Of a stretch of DNA of 64,000 bases, positions 14,676 to 26,960 are shown piece by piece. This stretch comes from Octopus vulgaris (Eukaryota). Location of the stretch: contig OX597843.1 in NCBI GenBank assembly GCA_951406725.2, forward strand, positions 10,850,001-10,914,000, read 5' to 3'. Every line of letters begins with the position of its first letter. The first letter of the stretch is position 1. The notes under the pieces are model-generated. The model was not told the origin of the DNA. It saw only the letters and a program-made list of their open reading frames with translations, and did not search any database. The position numbers and the translations under genes were made by a program.

Positions 14676-15090
14676 AGGCGCAGGAGTGGCTGTGTGGTAA
14701 GTAGCTTGCTTACAAACCACATGGTTCCGGGTTCAGTCCCACTGCGTGGCACCTTGGGCAAGTGTCTTCTACTATAGCCTCGGGCCGACCAAAGCCTTGT
14801 GAGTGGATTTGGTAGACGGAAACTGAAAGAAGCCCGTCGTATATATGTATATATATATATATGCGTGTGTGTGTTTGTGAGTCTGTGTTTGTCCCCCTAG
14901 CATTGCTTGACAACCGATGCTGGTGTGTTTATGTCCCCGTTACTTAGCGGTTCGGCAAAAGAGACCGATAGAATAAGTACTGGGCTTACAAAAGAATAAG
15001 TCCCGGGGTCGGGTTGCTCGATTAAAGGTGGTGCTCCAGCATGGCCGCAGTCAAATGACTGAAACAAGTAAAAGAGTAAAGAGAGAGTAA
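14676..15090 (+). mobile_element. tRNA-headed SINE family A (other copies near 21802-22211, 26570-27125, 34830-35235, 38075-38480, 39921-40338, 42815-43207, 59320-59662, 61815-62235, 62358-62748, 63235-63676)
   Basis: A-box TGGCTGTGTGG, B-box-like GGTTCAGTCCC, CORE-like ACCTTGGGCAAGT, central (TA)/(TG) tract, (AAAGAGT)-type tail; many similar copies in both orientations. Confidence 0.9.
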
Positions 15091-15445
15091 AGGTAAACAC
15101 ATGGCCCAGTTGTTAGGGTGTTAGTGTCACAATTACAACTTCGACGGTTTATTTCCCGTGTGAACATTTGCATTGCGTTTTTGAGCAAGTTCCTTCATTC
15201 CATGTCGCCGTGGTCTGATCAGCTGGAAATCGTGAAGATCAGCTGACTAACTGTGCTGCCCTCCCTTCTTCCAGTTGTCACATCCTCAACGTTCTGCTGT
15301 GTCAAAAGCAAGGGAGTTAAGAGGTTGTCTATGTCTGCTCGTTGCTTACATAGGCATATAAAACAATTAGCAAAAGTAATTTGTTACCACAGAATCCCAT
15401 TCACATGTGAGAGACAACTGCACATATATGCATAAGCTTATTTTC

Positions 15446-15490
<45 letters not shown>

Positions 15491-15493
<3 letters not shown>

Positions 15494-15862
15494 TTATATA
15501 TAAAAGAGAGGTTGTGTGTCTGTCTCCTATGATTTAGATTCCTAATTACTCCCACATTTTGCGGTGCAGTTTAACCATAGTCGTGATTCATATCGAGCCC
15601 TTCTGGGTATTAGCGTGCATCTACGATGAGTCTACGATTTAAAAAAAAATTTTTTTTCCATTTTAATGCATTTTTTCGCTATTATATAAGGGAAGTAACT
15701 CTCTAAAAATGTCTACAATGAGTCAACGATTTTTAAAAAAATTATCATAATTTTTTTCCATTTTTAATGCATTTTTTTGCTATTTTTTGGCTATAACTCT
15801 CTAAAAATGCTTATATAGTTATTTCTCTTACAAACCCGAGCAACGCTGGGTGATACTGCTAG
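15491..15862 (+). mobile_element. Non-autonomous Helitron
   Basis: 5' TC, subterminal hairpin CCCGAGCAACGCTGGG, 3' CTAG, inserted between A and T with no TSD. Confidence 0.85.
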
Positions 15863-15889
15863 TATATATATATAATAAATAAATAAATG

Positions 15890-16133
15890 CACCCTTTTAA
15901 AGCCTAGCCAGGCTCATGGGCCCGGTTTCTCGGTTTCTATGGCACATGTGTTCCCCAGCTGGACGAGACACCAGTCCATCAGAGCATTACTCACTTTTGC
16001 CAGCTGAGTGGACTGGAGCTACGTGAAATGAAGTGTTTTGCTCAAGAACACAACGCGTCACCCGGTCCAGGAATTGAAACCACAATCTTATGATTATGAT
16101 GCTGACACCCTAACCACTTAACCACACGCCTCC
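15890..16133 (-). mobile_element. tRNA-headed SINE family E (plus-strand copy at about 41097-41345)
   Basis: Head TGGAGGCGTGTGGTTAAGTGGTTAGG...GGTTTCAATTCC; two homologous copies. Confidence 0.75.
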
Positions 16134-16165
<32 letters not shown>

Positions 16166-16269
16166 ACATATACATATATATATATATATATACATATACA
16201 TGTATATATGTATACATATACATATATATATATATATATATATACATATACATGTATATATACATATAC

Positions 16270-16349
<80 letters not shown>

Positions 16350-16387
16350 ATATACATATACATATATATATATATATATTTATATAC

Positions 16388-16475
<88 letters not shown>

Positions 16476-16495
16476 ATATATATATATTTATATAC

Positions 16496-16566
<71 letters not shown>

Positions 16567-16576
16567 CATATATATT

Positions 16577-16647
<71 letters not shown>

Positions 16648-16671
16648 TATAATATATACATATACATATAC

Positions 16672-16744
<73 letters not shown>

Positions 16745-16772
16745 AATAATATATATATATATATATATATAC
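16134..16772. repeat. (TA)n/(TACA)n tract; similar tracts at about 38690-39772 and 41502-42481
   Basis: Direct inspection. Confidence 0.97.
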
Positions 16773-17891
16773 ATACATTAGACATCATGAATCTAAACAA
16801 GGATGCAACTACAGGTATACAGTATTATCCATTATGAAAATTACACCTGGTATACCTTGGCTGACACACACCTAGGGTTTCTTATTTTTTTACTGCCCAC
16901 AAGGGGCTAAACATAGAGGGGATAAACAAGGACAGACAAAAGGATTAAATCGATCACATCGACTGGTACTTTATTTATCGACCCCGAAAAGATGAAAGGC
17001 AAAGTCGACCTTGGCAGAATTTGAACTCAGAACGTAACGGCAGATGAAATACCACTAAGCATTTCGCCCATCACATTGACGTTTCTGCCAGCTTGCTGTC
17101 TTGAGGTTTCTTGTCAACAGAATTTTTTATAGGTGGCAAGCTGGCAGAAATGTTAGCACACCGAGCGAAATGCTTAGCAGTATTTCGTCTGCCACTATAT
17201 TCTGAGTTCAAATTCCGCTGAGGCCAACTTTGCCTTTCATCCTTTCGGGGTCGATAAATTAAGTACCAGTTACACACTGTGGTCAATGTAATTGACTTAA
17301 TCCCTTTGTCTGTCCTTGTTTGTCCTTTCTATGTTTAGCCCCTTCTGGGCATTAAAAAAATAAGAATTTGTTATCGGGAGCCAATGTTGTCTGACTGTGT
17401 AGGGCACTGCTCAAGGACTTATGACAGACGAACTGTAGACAGGAACATTGCTGTGAGCTAGCTAGAGAGCTGGGCTGCAGTGAAGGTGACTTCTTCTAAG
17501 CCCAAGTGATCCGATGGCTCTCACCCCCATGTATTTCACAAAATGTATCTAAATAAATCTTTCCCCAACACATTCTTCTCCATTGATTTTTTTTGTATAT
17601 AGCTTAACTAAAGCTGTAACAACATGTTTTGGTATACAGTCATGAGTATTAACATTTGCTCCACTAACAGGAAACCTAAGGTACCTACTATTATGTATAT
17701 ACTGTAACTTAATATATATTTACTTAAACAGGCAAGGAATAAGTAAATATATATAAATAAATAACTATGAGATAAATAAATAACTTCTGAGATCAATGAA
17801 ATAAATGCCTACAAAATACCATATTTGATGCTAGTGACTAAATTACAACCCTTGGCTAAATTTATGATTTGATACCTATTTTTGAAGTAAC

Positions 17892-17927
<36 letters not shown>

Positions 17928-18736
17928 CATTATTATTATAATTTTTTCCTTCTTTCTCTCAACAGTTAGAATGCAATAGTTATTAGCTACAGACTGTTTC
18001 TTTGAACATGTAATGATAACGTGAAAAAACTCATCAGGCCATTGTAGAAATTATGGAATTATGGACAAAAAGAAGTAGAAATTTTAAGTTATCAGGATGG
18101 TGATAAAATGGCAAAATACAAACTAGGGGAAATAACCCAGATTCTCATTCAAGGAATTTTCGCTTTTTATGTGATAGGACGAGACATGGGAAATGTGTAA
18201 AAAGAAAGATATATAGATAAATAAGATAGGGACATTAGCCAGATATGAAAGTGAGGCTGAAGAGTGTCTGAAGTGGGGAAAAGACGAGTTTGAAACTCAG
18301 TATTAATATCAAAAAGTTAGAGGTTAGGATACAAAACCAACGTCCATGCATGTATTGTTGTGCAAGCACCAAGGGACAGATAACTGTGTGTTATGCTATT
18401 AGAAGAATTCTTTGAATTAGAACCTGGGTTTATTTTCAAAATTTCTGTTTCCTGTTTTCTTCTAGGAAGAGACAAGACATTATTTTGAGCTCCTAAATGC
18501 CTGAAGAGTGTTTAACGAAATCATTGTGTGAGGCATGAAACAGCTGGTAGCCAAACAACCATTGTGAATTACATTGGATTATGTCATGAAACCATAACAA
18601 CCTAGAATTAAGAGAGGCTCACATTTGTTTTGTGTGTGTGTGTGTGTGTGTGCATACGTGTACAACAGTGTACATCTTAATATGTACAATAACAACAGTA
18701 CATATGTGTGTTTGTATATATGTGTATATACATACA

Positions 18737-18780
<44 letters not shown>

Positions 18781-18832
18781 TTTACTCGTTTACTTGTTTC
18801 AGTTATTTGACTGCAGCCATGCTGGAACGAGC

Positions 18833-18885
<53 letters not shown>

Positions 18886-18952
18886 CATACATACACACAC
18901 ACACACAAATCATTTTATATTTCAGTGTCAATATCATCTAAATTATTATTAT

Positions 18953-19046
<94 letters not shown>

Positions 19047-19168
19047 ATATATATATATATATACATCTATGATGCTATAAGTGTATATATGTTCTATATG
19101 TGTATAGTAGTAACATATGTATACTATATAACTGTATTGTAATGACTATATATAACAGCTTGTGTTTG

Positions 19169-19205
<37 letters not shown>

Positions 19206-19246
19206 TTATCCATCTGTCTGTTTGTCTATCTATCTATCTATCTATG

Positions 19247-19319
<73 letters not shown>

Positions 19320-19356
19320 TTATCCATCTGTCTGTTTGTCTATCTATCTATCTATG

Positions 19357-19395
<39 letters not shown>

Positions 19396-19496
19396 CTCTC
19401 TCTCTATATATATATACATGCAAACTATTGTAACTATATATGTTCAGCATAATAAATAAATTGTGAACCATGCTATCTATATGTGTAACACAGAAA

Positions 19497-19531
<35 letters not shown>

Positions 19532-19627
19532 ACAATAACTATATATGTGTGTATGTTTGTGTATATATGTTTCTGCATGTGTAGAATAGTAACTATATAT
19601 CTACGTAGAGCAAAATCCATCACTTAC

Positions 19628-19798
19628 TGTCACGGTTGCACAGAGCTTCACAACTCTGCTTTGTTTTGTAGCGGTTGCTGTTTCCATAGCAACCCGTGTA
19701 GTTGAACTGTTTGCATTCTCCCTCCTGAGCGTCGTAGTACCACATGACAAACTGATCATCGCAGGCCCCTGCGTCGACACCCAAGTGACACACCACCA
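19628..19798 (-). CDS. Papilin-like gene, Kunitz exon (VVCHLGVDAGACDDQFVMWYYDAQEGECKQFNYTGCYGNSNRYKTKQSCEALCNRD)
   Basis: Coding frame absent from the ORF track; acceptor TTTCCACAG|, donor A|GTAAGT; 171 bp, phase 1-1; six-Cys Kunitz pattern. Confidence 0.9.
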
Positions 19799-19889
19799 CT
19801 GTGGAAATTGAAACAGAAAGAGAATTATTATCATTATCATCATTATATTATCGACGTTACTACAACTGCTACTACTACAACTACTGGGT

Positions 19890-20385
19890 GGAAGCACTCC
19901 GTCGGTTACGACGACGAGGGTTCTGCTTGTGAAATTAACGTGTAAGTGGCTGAGCACTCCACAGACACGTGCACCCTTAACGTAGTTCTCGGGGATATTC
20001 AGCGTGACACAGAGAGTGACAAGGCCGGCCCCTTGAAATACAGGTACAACAGAAACAGGAAGTAAGAGTGAGAGAAAGTTGTGGTGAAAGAGTACAGCAG
20101 GGATCACCACCATCCCCTGCCGGAGCCTCGGGGATATTCAGCGTGACACAGAGAGTGACAAGGCCGGCCCTTTGAAATACAGGTACAACAGAAACAGGAA
20201 GTAAGAGTGAGAGAAAGTTGTGGTGAAAGAGTACAGCAGGGATCACCACCATCCCCTGCCGGAGCCTCGTGGAGCTTTTAGGTGTTTTCGCTCAATAAAC
20301 ACTCACAACACCCGGTCTGGGAATCGAAACCGCGATCCTATGACCACGAGTCCGCTGCCCTAACCACTAGGCCATTGCGCCTCCA
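19890..20385 (-). mobile_element. tRNA-headed SINE family C with a 139-bp internal tandem duplication
   Basis: Head GTGGAGGCGCAATGGCCTAGTGGTTAGG...GGTTTCGATTCCC; the ctcggggatattcagc block occurs twice; homologous to 37676-38060. Confidence 0.85.
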
Positions 20386-21036
20386 CTACAACTACTACTA
20401 CCATGGGAAAAGGAAGTGCTGACCCTGCAAGAAAATTTGTTGAAAGGTGGATGAGAGAGGTGAACATGGTCTGAGCAAGCAGACCTACTCTGAGTATACA
20501 CCTATAGATTGAAGGTGGACAACTGGATGAGGGCACCTGTCTTATTATGTGACTGTGGTTTTTGTGAGATTTATAATTTTACACTAGTAGCCCTTGGAGG
20601 TTCCCCTTCTCTACCCTGAAGAATTTTTCTTAGAAGTTTTTTTGTTTTTCTTTGTTTTTATTCTGTTATATGTTTCAGCCATAAGGCTGTAGCCATGCTG
20701 GAGCACTATTTTTTTTTTTATTAATGCTTTCTATGTGATCCCACACTAATTGGCTCTCAGCCATCTACAATACTTTTGTGAAGCTTTGTGGCTAATGAAG
20801 AAATTATCATCATTATAATTAAAATGGTGGTGCCCCAGCATGGCCGTAGACTTCGGGCTAAAACATTTTTAAGGATTTAAGGATTTAAAACAGTGAGCTG
20901 CCAGATTCATTAGCATGTTGGGTGAAGCGGTCAACAGCATTTCATCCTTTGCATTCTGGGTTCAAATTTCACCAAGGTCAAGTTTATTTACATTATTTAG
21001 ATTTGACGGATATTTGTCCTCATCTTGTTTGTTGTT

Positions 21037-21082
21037 AAGACAACGTTTCGGCTGATATACCCTCCAGCCTTCATCAGGTGTC
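21037..21082 (-). ncRNA. Inverted second copy of the hammerhead motif
   Basis: Reverse complement of 21491-21536 with one change in the stem I 3' arm. Confidence 0.6.
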
Positions 21083-21490
21083 TTGGGGAAATTTCGAACC
21101 TGGGTTCTCATTCCTAAGGTATTTTTTGATGTTATTATTATTAGCATCGAAAAATACCTTGGACATCATGAATCTAAACAAGGATACAAACTACAGGTAT
21201 ACAGTATTATCCATTATGAAAATTACACTTGGTATACCTTGGCTGATGCAAACCTAGGGTTTCCTATTTCTTTACTGCCCACAAGGGGCTAAACATAGAG
21301 GGGACAAACAAGGACAGACAAAAGGATTAAATCGATCACATCGACTGGTACTTAATTTATTGACCCCGAAAGGATGAAAGGCAAAGTTGACCTTGGCAGA
21401 ATTTGAACTCAGAACGTAACGGCAGATGAAATACCACGAAGCATTTCGCCTGTCACATTGACGTTTCTGCCAGGTTTGAAATTTCCCCAA

Positions 21491-21536
21491 GACACCTGAT
21501 GAAGGCTGGAGGGTATATCAGCCGAAACGTTGTGTT
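21491..21536 (+). ncRNA. Minimal type-I hammerhead ribozyme motif (Penelope pLTR-type)
   Basis: GACAC-CTGATGA-A-GGCTG(10-nt loop)CAGCC-GAAAC-GTT-GTGTT: intact core, stem II, palindromic ACGT stem III, stem I GACAC/GTGTT. Confidence 0.7.
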
Positions 21537-21762
21537 AACAACAAACAAGATGAGGACAAATATCTGTCGAATGTAAATAATGCAAATAATGTCCATAATT
21601 CCTCATCTCTTAGATATAGAACTGGAAGTTCAAGTTTGTCTTTCATCCTCTCAGAGTTGATTAAGTACCAGTCAAGTACTGGGGTCAATGGAATCGATTT
21701 TACCCTCCCCTCGAAAACTGCTGGCTCTGTGCCAAAATTGGGAATTATTCTTTCTTTTCTCC

Positions 21763-21800
<38 letters not shown>

Positions 21801-22000
21801 TTACTCTTTTACTTGTTTCAGTCATTTGACTGCGGCCATGCTGGAGCACCACCTTTAATCGAGCAACTCGACCATGAGACTTATTCTTTTGTAAGCCCAG
21901 TACTTATTCTATCGGTCTCTTTTGCTGAACCGCTAAGTGACGGGGACGTAAACATACCAGCATCGGTTGTTAAGCAATGCTAGGGGGACAAACACAAACA

Positions 22001-22046
<46 letters not shown>

Positions 22047-22211
22047 TACGACAGGCTTCTTTCTGTTTCTGTCTACCAAATCCACTCACAAGGCTTTGGT
22101 CGGCCCGAGGCTATAGTAGAAGACACTTGCTCAAGATGCCACGCAGTGGGACTGAACCCGGAACCATGTGGTTCGTAAGCAAGCTACTTACCACACAGCC
22201 ACTCCTGCGCC

Positions 22212-22263
<52 letters not shown>

Positions 22264-22289
22264 TTATGGTTTCTTTTCATTATAACTTT

Positions 22290-23505
22290 ATTTCAGCTGC
22301 CTTAGTACCGAGCATCCTCCAGGGGCTAAGAGTAGCAAGGGCTCTTTTGTTTTTCTATGCATGGTTAAATTATCACCACATTTATTCCATTTTGGATGAA
22401 GAGTGCTTTCTGTAGTATATGGGCTGTACCCATCAAGGTTACCTTTTGTAGTCCACAGAAATTGGAGTTACCTGGCAGTTACTTAATATACTTCTCAGCA
22501 CCCTTCTATATCATTCCCAATGCACCAATTACCACTGGTATTATTGTAGTACTAAGCTTCGGTATTTTTGTGATTTCAATTTGGAGATCTTTATAGTGAG
22601 ATAGCTTCTTGTATTCTTTTCTTGAGACATTTTGATCTTGCGGGACATACATATCTATTAACAGACAAGTTCCCCTGTTGTGGTCCTTGATCACAATGTC
22701 TGGTCAATTGGAGTCAGTTTTTCTGTCTGTTTGTATCGCGTAGTTCCAAATTATTATCATCCTTATTATCATTATTATAATCTGCAGAGGTCGACTTTGC
22801 TTTCATCCTTTTGGAGTCAATTAAATAAGTACCAGTTACGCACTGGGGTCGATGTAATTGACTTAATCTACTCCCCCAAGCTGCCTTTGAGGCATATTAT
22901 TATTATTACTATTATTATTGTTATCTGCTGAGGTTGACTTTGCCTTTCATCCTTTTGGGGTTGATGAATTAAGTACCAGTTATAATCTGGGGGGTTGATG
23001 TAATTGACTAGACCCCCACCAAATTTCAGGCCTTGTATCTACAGCAGAAAGGACTATTATCATCATCATCATCATCATCATCATCATTATTATCATTGCC
23101 TTTGCACAGCTTCTAATGCTGGAGATGTACTACGGTGTCAGCTGTTCACTACCAGTGAACTAAGGTAACACCTCTTATTTTTCGAGCACCTTCTGAAGTA
23201 TTCGAGTGGTTCCAAGCAGTGCTGTTTTCTGCAAGTGCTCCACCCTTATTGCAGCCCCTATTTGTTCCATGTACTTCTCAAGATTTTTACTCACTGTTCT
23301 CAGGACTCCGACAATTATTGGTACTACTGCCACCTTTTTCATCGACCACAACTGCTTAACCTCCCAAGCTAACCTGTCATATCTCTCGACTTTTCTTTCT
23401 TCCTTATCGTATACCTTGTTGTCAGCTGGGCATCCTATATCTATGATCCAGCATTGTTTGCTTTCCTTCTCAATTAAGACTATGTCTGGCTTCCTACTCT
23501 CTATC

Positions 23506-23549
<44 letters not shown>

Positions 23550-24262
23550 GTTATCATTTGAACGTATGTTCTAAGTTAAAATTCTGCTGAGATTGAATTT
23601 GCCTTTCATTCTTGCGGGGCTGATAAAATAAGTACCAGCTGAATAATGGGATCAATATAATTGACAACTCTCCCCTAATATTGCTGGCCACCACCACCAC
23701 CACCACCACCACCACCACCACCACCACCACCACCATCATCATCGTCATCATCTTCAAAGGATAGAATTTTAGTCACATTCAAGCAGCATAAAAATACCTA
23801 GTGGTATTTCTGGCATTGTGCATTCTGAGTTCAAATCCCAAATTTGCCTTTTATCCTCCTGAGATCAATGAAATAAAGTGCCTACCAAATACTATATTTG
23901 ATGCTAATGACTAAACTACAACCCTTCGCTAAATTTATGATTTGATACCTATTTTTGAAGTAACCATTATCATTATTATTATTATTATTAAATTTTTTTT
24001 TTTATCTTCTTCCTTCAAATTTTTTTCCGTTTCTCGCTGAGTGTTTTCCGTACACCTAGGGCAGAGAAGCTCATTGTATGCATTTCCAGATTACACACGC
24101 AAATTCACAGGTAAAATATGTATTTAAAAAAATTTATAAATAGATAAATTCATGAATGGATGTTGTTTTCACAGTGATAATGCTCTTCTCAGTACATGAG
24201 TCGTTCCAGTTAACATGATTTTTTGCACTTCCTGTAGGGATGGTAAGCCTGGTATCATTTTC

Positions 24263-24293
<31 letters not shown>

Positions 24294-24976
24294 GAGTGAG
24301 AGAGCAGTTCATGCCATCAAAGTGACACTGGGGTAAAATATACGAAGCCCAATATACCCATCATGACTACCCGTCTGATAAGGGTACACCAGGCACATGC
24401 ATCACAACCATATGTGCGCGACATGGTGATCTCATATCAAGATAAACAGCACATGACCTTGCAGGTGGGGGCCCAGTTAGAATTTTCTTCAGGTTGAGTA
24501 GCCCATCCCGCTCAAAAGGTCCCTGAATAAGGGTTGTTTAAGGATGTTGAAAGAACCACCCGTGTTTCCAGAGGTGAATTATTCAAATCCCAAAGAATCC
24601 CTCTCAACACATGGCTATGATGCTCCCCCACTATTTCTGCTCATGATCAGAGATGCACATATTGTCAGCCACTAAGGGACATGCTCAACTGGTTATGGTC
24701 AAACAACTGACAAGCAAATCTGTGGTATTGAGCAGAATATTTGCTGTAGACCATCATTTATACCAAGACAAAACAATGTACATGATAACACTTCCAATCA
24801 GTTAAGATCAGAAGCCATGAGAGCCACTGCCTGGTACTGCATCAGGGCATTAGCAAATCTGTGGTATTGAACAGAATATTTGCTGTAGCCCATCTTTTAT
24901 ACCAAGACAAAACAATGTACATGATAACACTTCCAATCAGTTAAGATCAGAAGCCATGAGAGCCACTGCCTGGTAC

Positions 24977-25021
<45 letters not shown>

Positions 25022-26924
25022 CACCATATTGCATCAGTTATTAATCTGATTTTCCATTCAGGTATTGTTTGGACGGGATCCATGTCAAACAACACATTTC
25101 CATTCATTGTGGCCCTTTGACAGGCCCAACATCCTGAGGTCAGGTCTCAGTCCTTCTGCCTGATTGTTCTTTCATCTTCCTTTTCTGTACATTCCTTCCA
25201 GTTGAATCTTTGTACACCTTTCACACCCAACAATAATTTTTCCTACACATCAACATTCTATACCTGGTAGAGCCATTAGAGTCTTGAAATGAATGCTTTG
25301 GGGTATCTCTGTACTCTGAATTCAAACCCTGCTGAGGCCCAGTTAGAATTTTCTTCAGGTCGAGTAGTCTATCCCGCTCAAAGGTCCCTGAATAAGGTTT
25401 GTTTAAGGTTTGTTTAAGGATGTTTAAGGATGTTTAAGGTTTGTTTAAGGTTACATCTAATCCTTTCAGAGGGTGATATAAAACTACCAATCCAAGGTGA
25501 TGAACTGGTAGAACCGTTTGAGGGTCAGAAATGATGATGTCTTGTGATATCTGATCTGACTCTTTCCGTTCTGAGTTCAAATCCTACCAAGGTCAACATT
25601 GCAGTTTATCCATTCAGGATCAATAAAAAGTACTACATAAGGGTGGTGGGTTGATGGTCAGGCAAGGTGAGGGTTTGTGGCATCTCTTCTGGCTTTAGTG
25701 TCACGAGTTCAAATCTGGCCAAGGTCAACGTTGCCGTCTTGTCCTTTTAGAGTCGATTTTCTGACAACAAAACCTGTGAAGACTCAGGAATCAAGATGTA
25801 TCAACCAAAGTTGGTAGTCTTTCCCTTGGATGAACATCGGTGCATATAGAAAGGAAACATGCATACATGGATAAAAGGTAGCCTTCTTCACAGGCATTGT
25901 GTCCAGGCCTGCGCATAGATATGGGGATACAGCATTTTTAACTGCCATATTCGATGGCATATAACACATACATTTTTCAAAGAAAAAATCTAAAAAAATT
26001 TTTTTAAATGGCCCCGAATCTTATATGTGAAGTTGGGTCTTCTGTAAGTTTTGATGCATTTAAGACACTTTTCCTGAATGTGCATTGCTTAAATTGGAGT
26101 GTTGCAAAAATTGTCACTGCACCTTTTATGCGATCAAAAATAGCACTTATATATTTTTGGTAAAGGGCTGTCATGATTTAAATGGCCACCTCAACAGAAG
26201 TAGGAAGAGGAGAAAGTAGATATTTGACGAAACAATAGACCATCTCATCTTGGGATAATCCATGCTGACACCAAACAAATACAAAATCGCCACGATAGGG
26301 TAAGACAGTATTTACATAGGAAATCAGCACTCCTGCTTACTGGTATGAACATCATCCTGAGCCAGTCGTTGAAGGTAAATATGTCACTATCCTCTGGGAT
26401 TTTCCAGTCAACACTAATAGAATAATCCAGGCTAATTGACCAGACATAATTATTAAAGACAAGGAAGAAACTAGTTGTAGATTAATAGAGGTAAGTGTCC
26501 AGGCCTGCACATACATATGGGGATACAGCATTTTTAACTGGCATATTTGATGGCATATAACACTCTTATACTCTTTTACTTGTTTCAGTCATTTGACTGC
26601 GGCCATGCTGGAGCACCGCCTTTAGTCGAGCAAATCGACCCCGGGACTTATTCTTTTGTAAGCCTAGTACTTATTCTATCGGTCGCTTTTGCCGAACCGC
26701 TAAGTGACGGGGACGTAAACACACCAGCATCGGTTGTCAAGCAATGCTAGGGGGACAAACACACACACACAAACACACACACATACACATATACATACAT
26801 ATATATATATCACGTAATCACATGACCGACCAGACCATCAGATGTAGTTACACATCGCTGGTCACAATGCGTTCACATTGTTTTAGCCTTCGAATGACGC
26901 CACCCCGCTGGCTAAGCGAGCAGG

Positions 26925-26960
<36 letters not shown>

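Noticed and set aside
14676-14760. tRNA genes at SINE heads
   Set aside because: A and B boxes run into SINE bodies; no complete cloverleaf visible
25061-25262. Possible exon with nearby AG/GT sites
   Set aside because: Minus strand has stops and resembles a decayed LINE 3' end; no papilin motif
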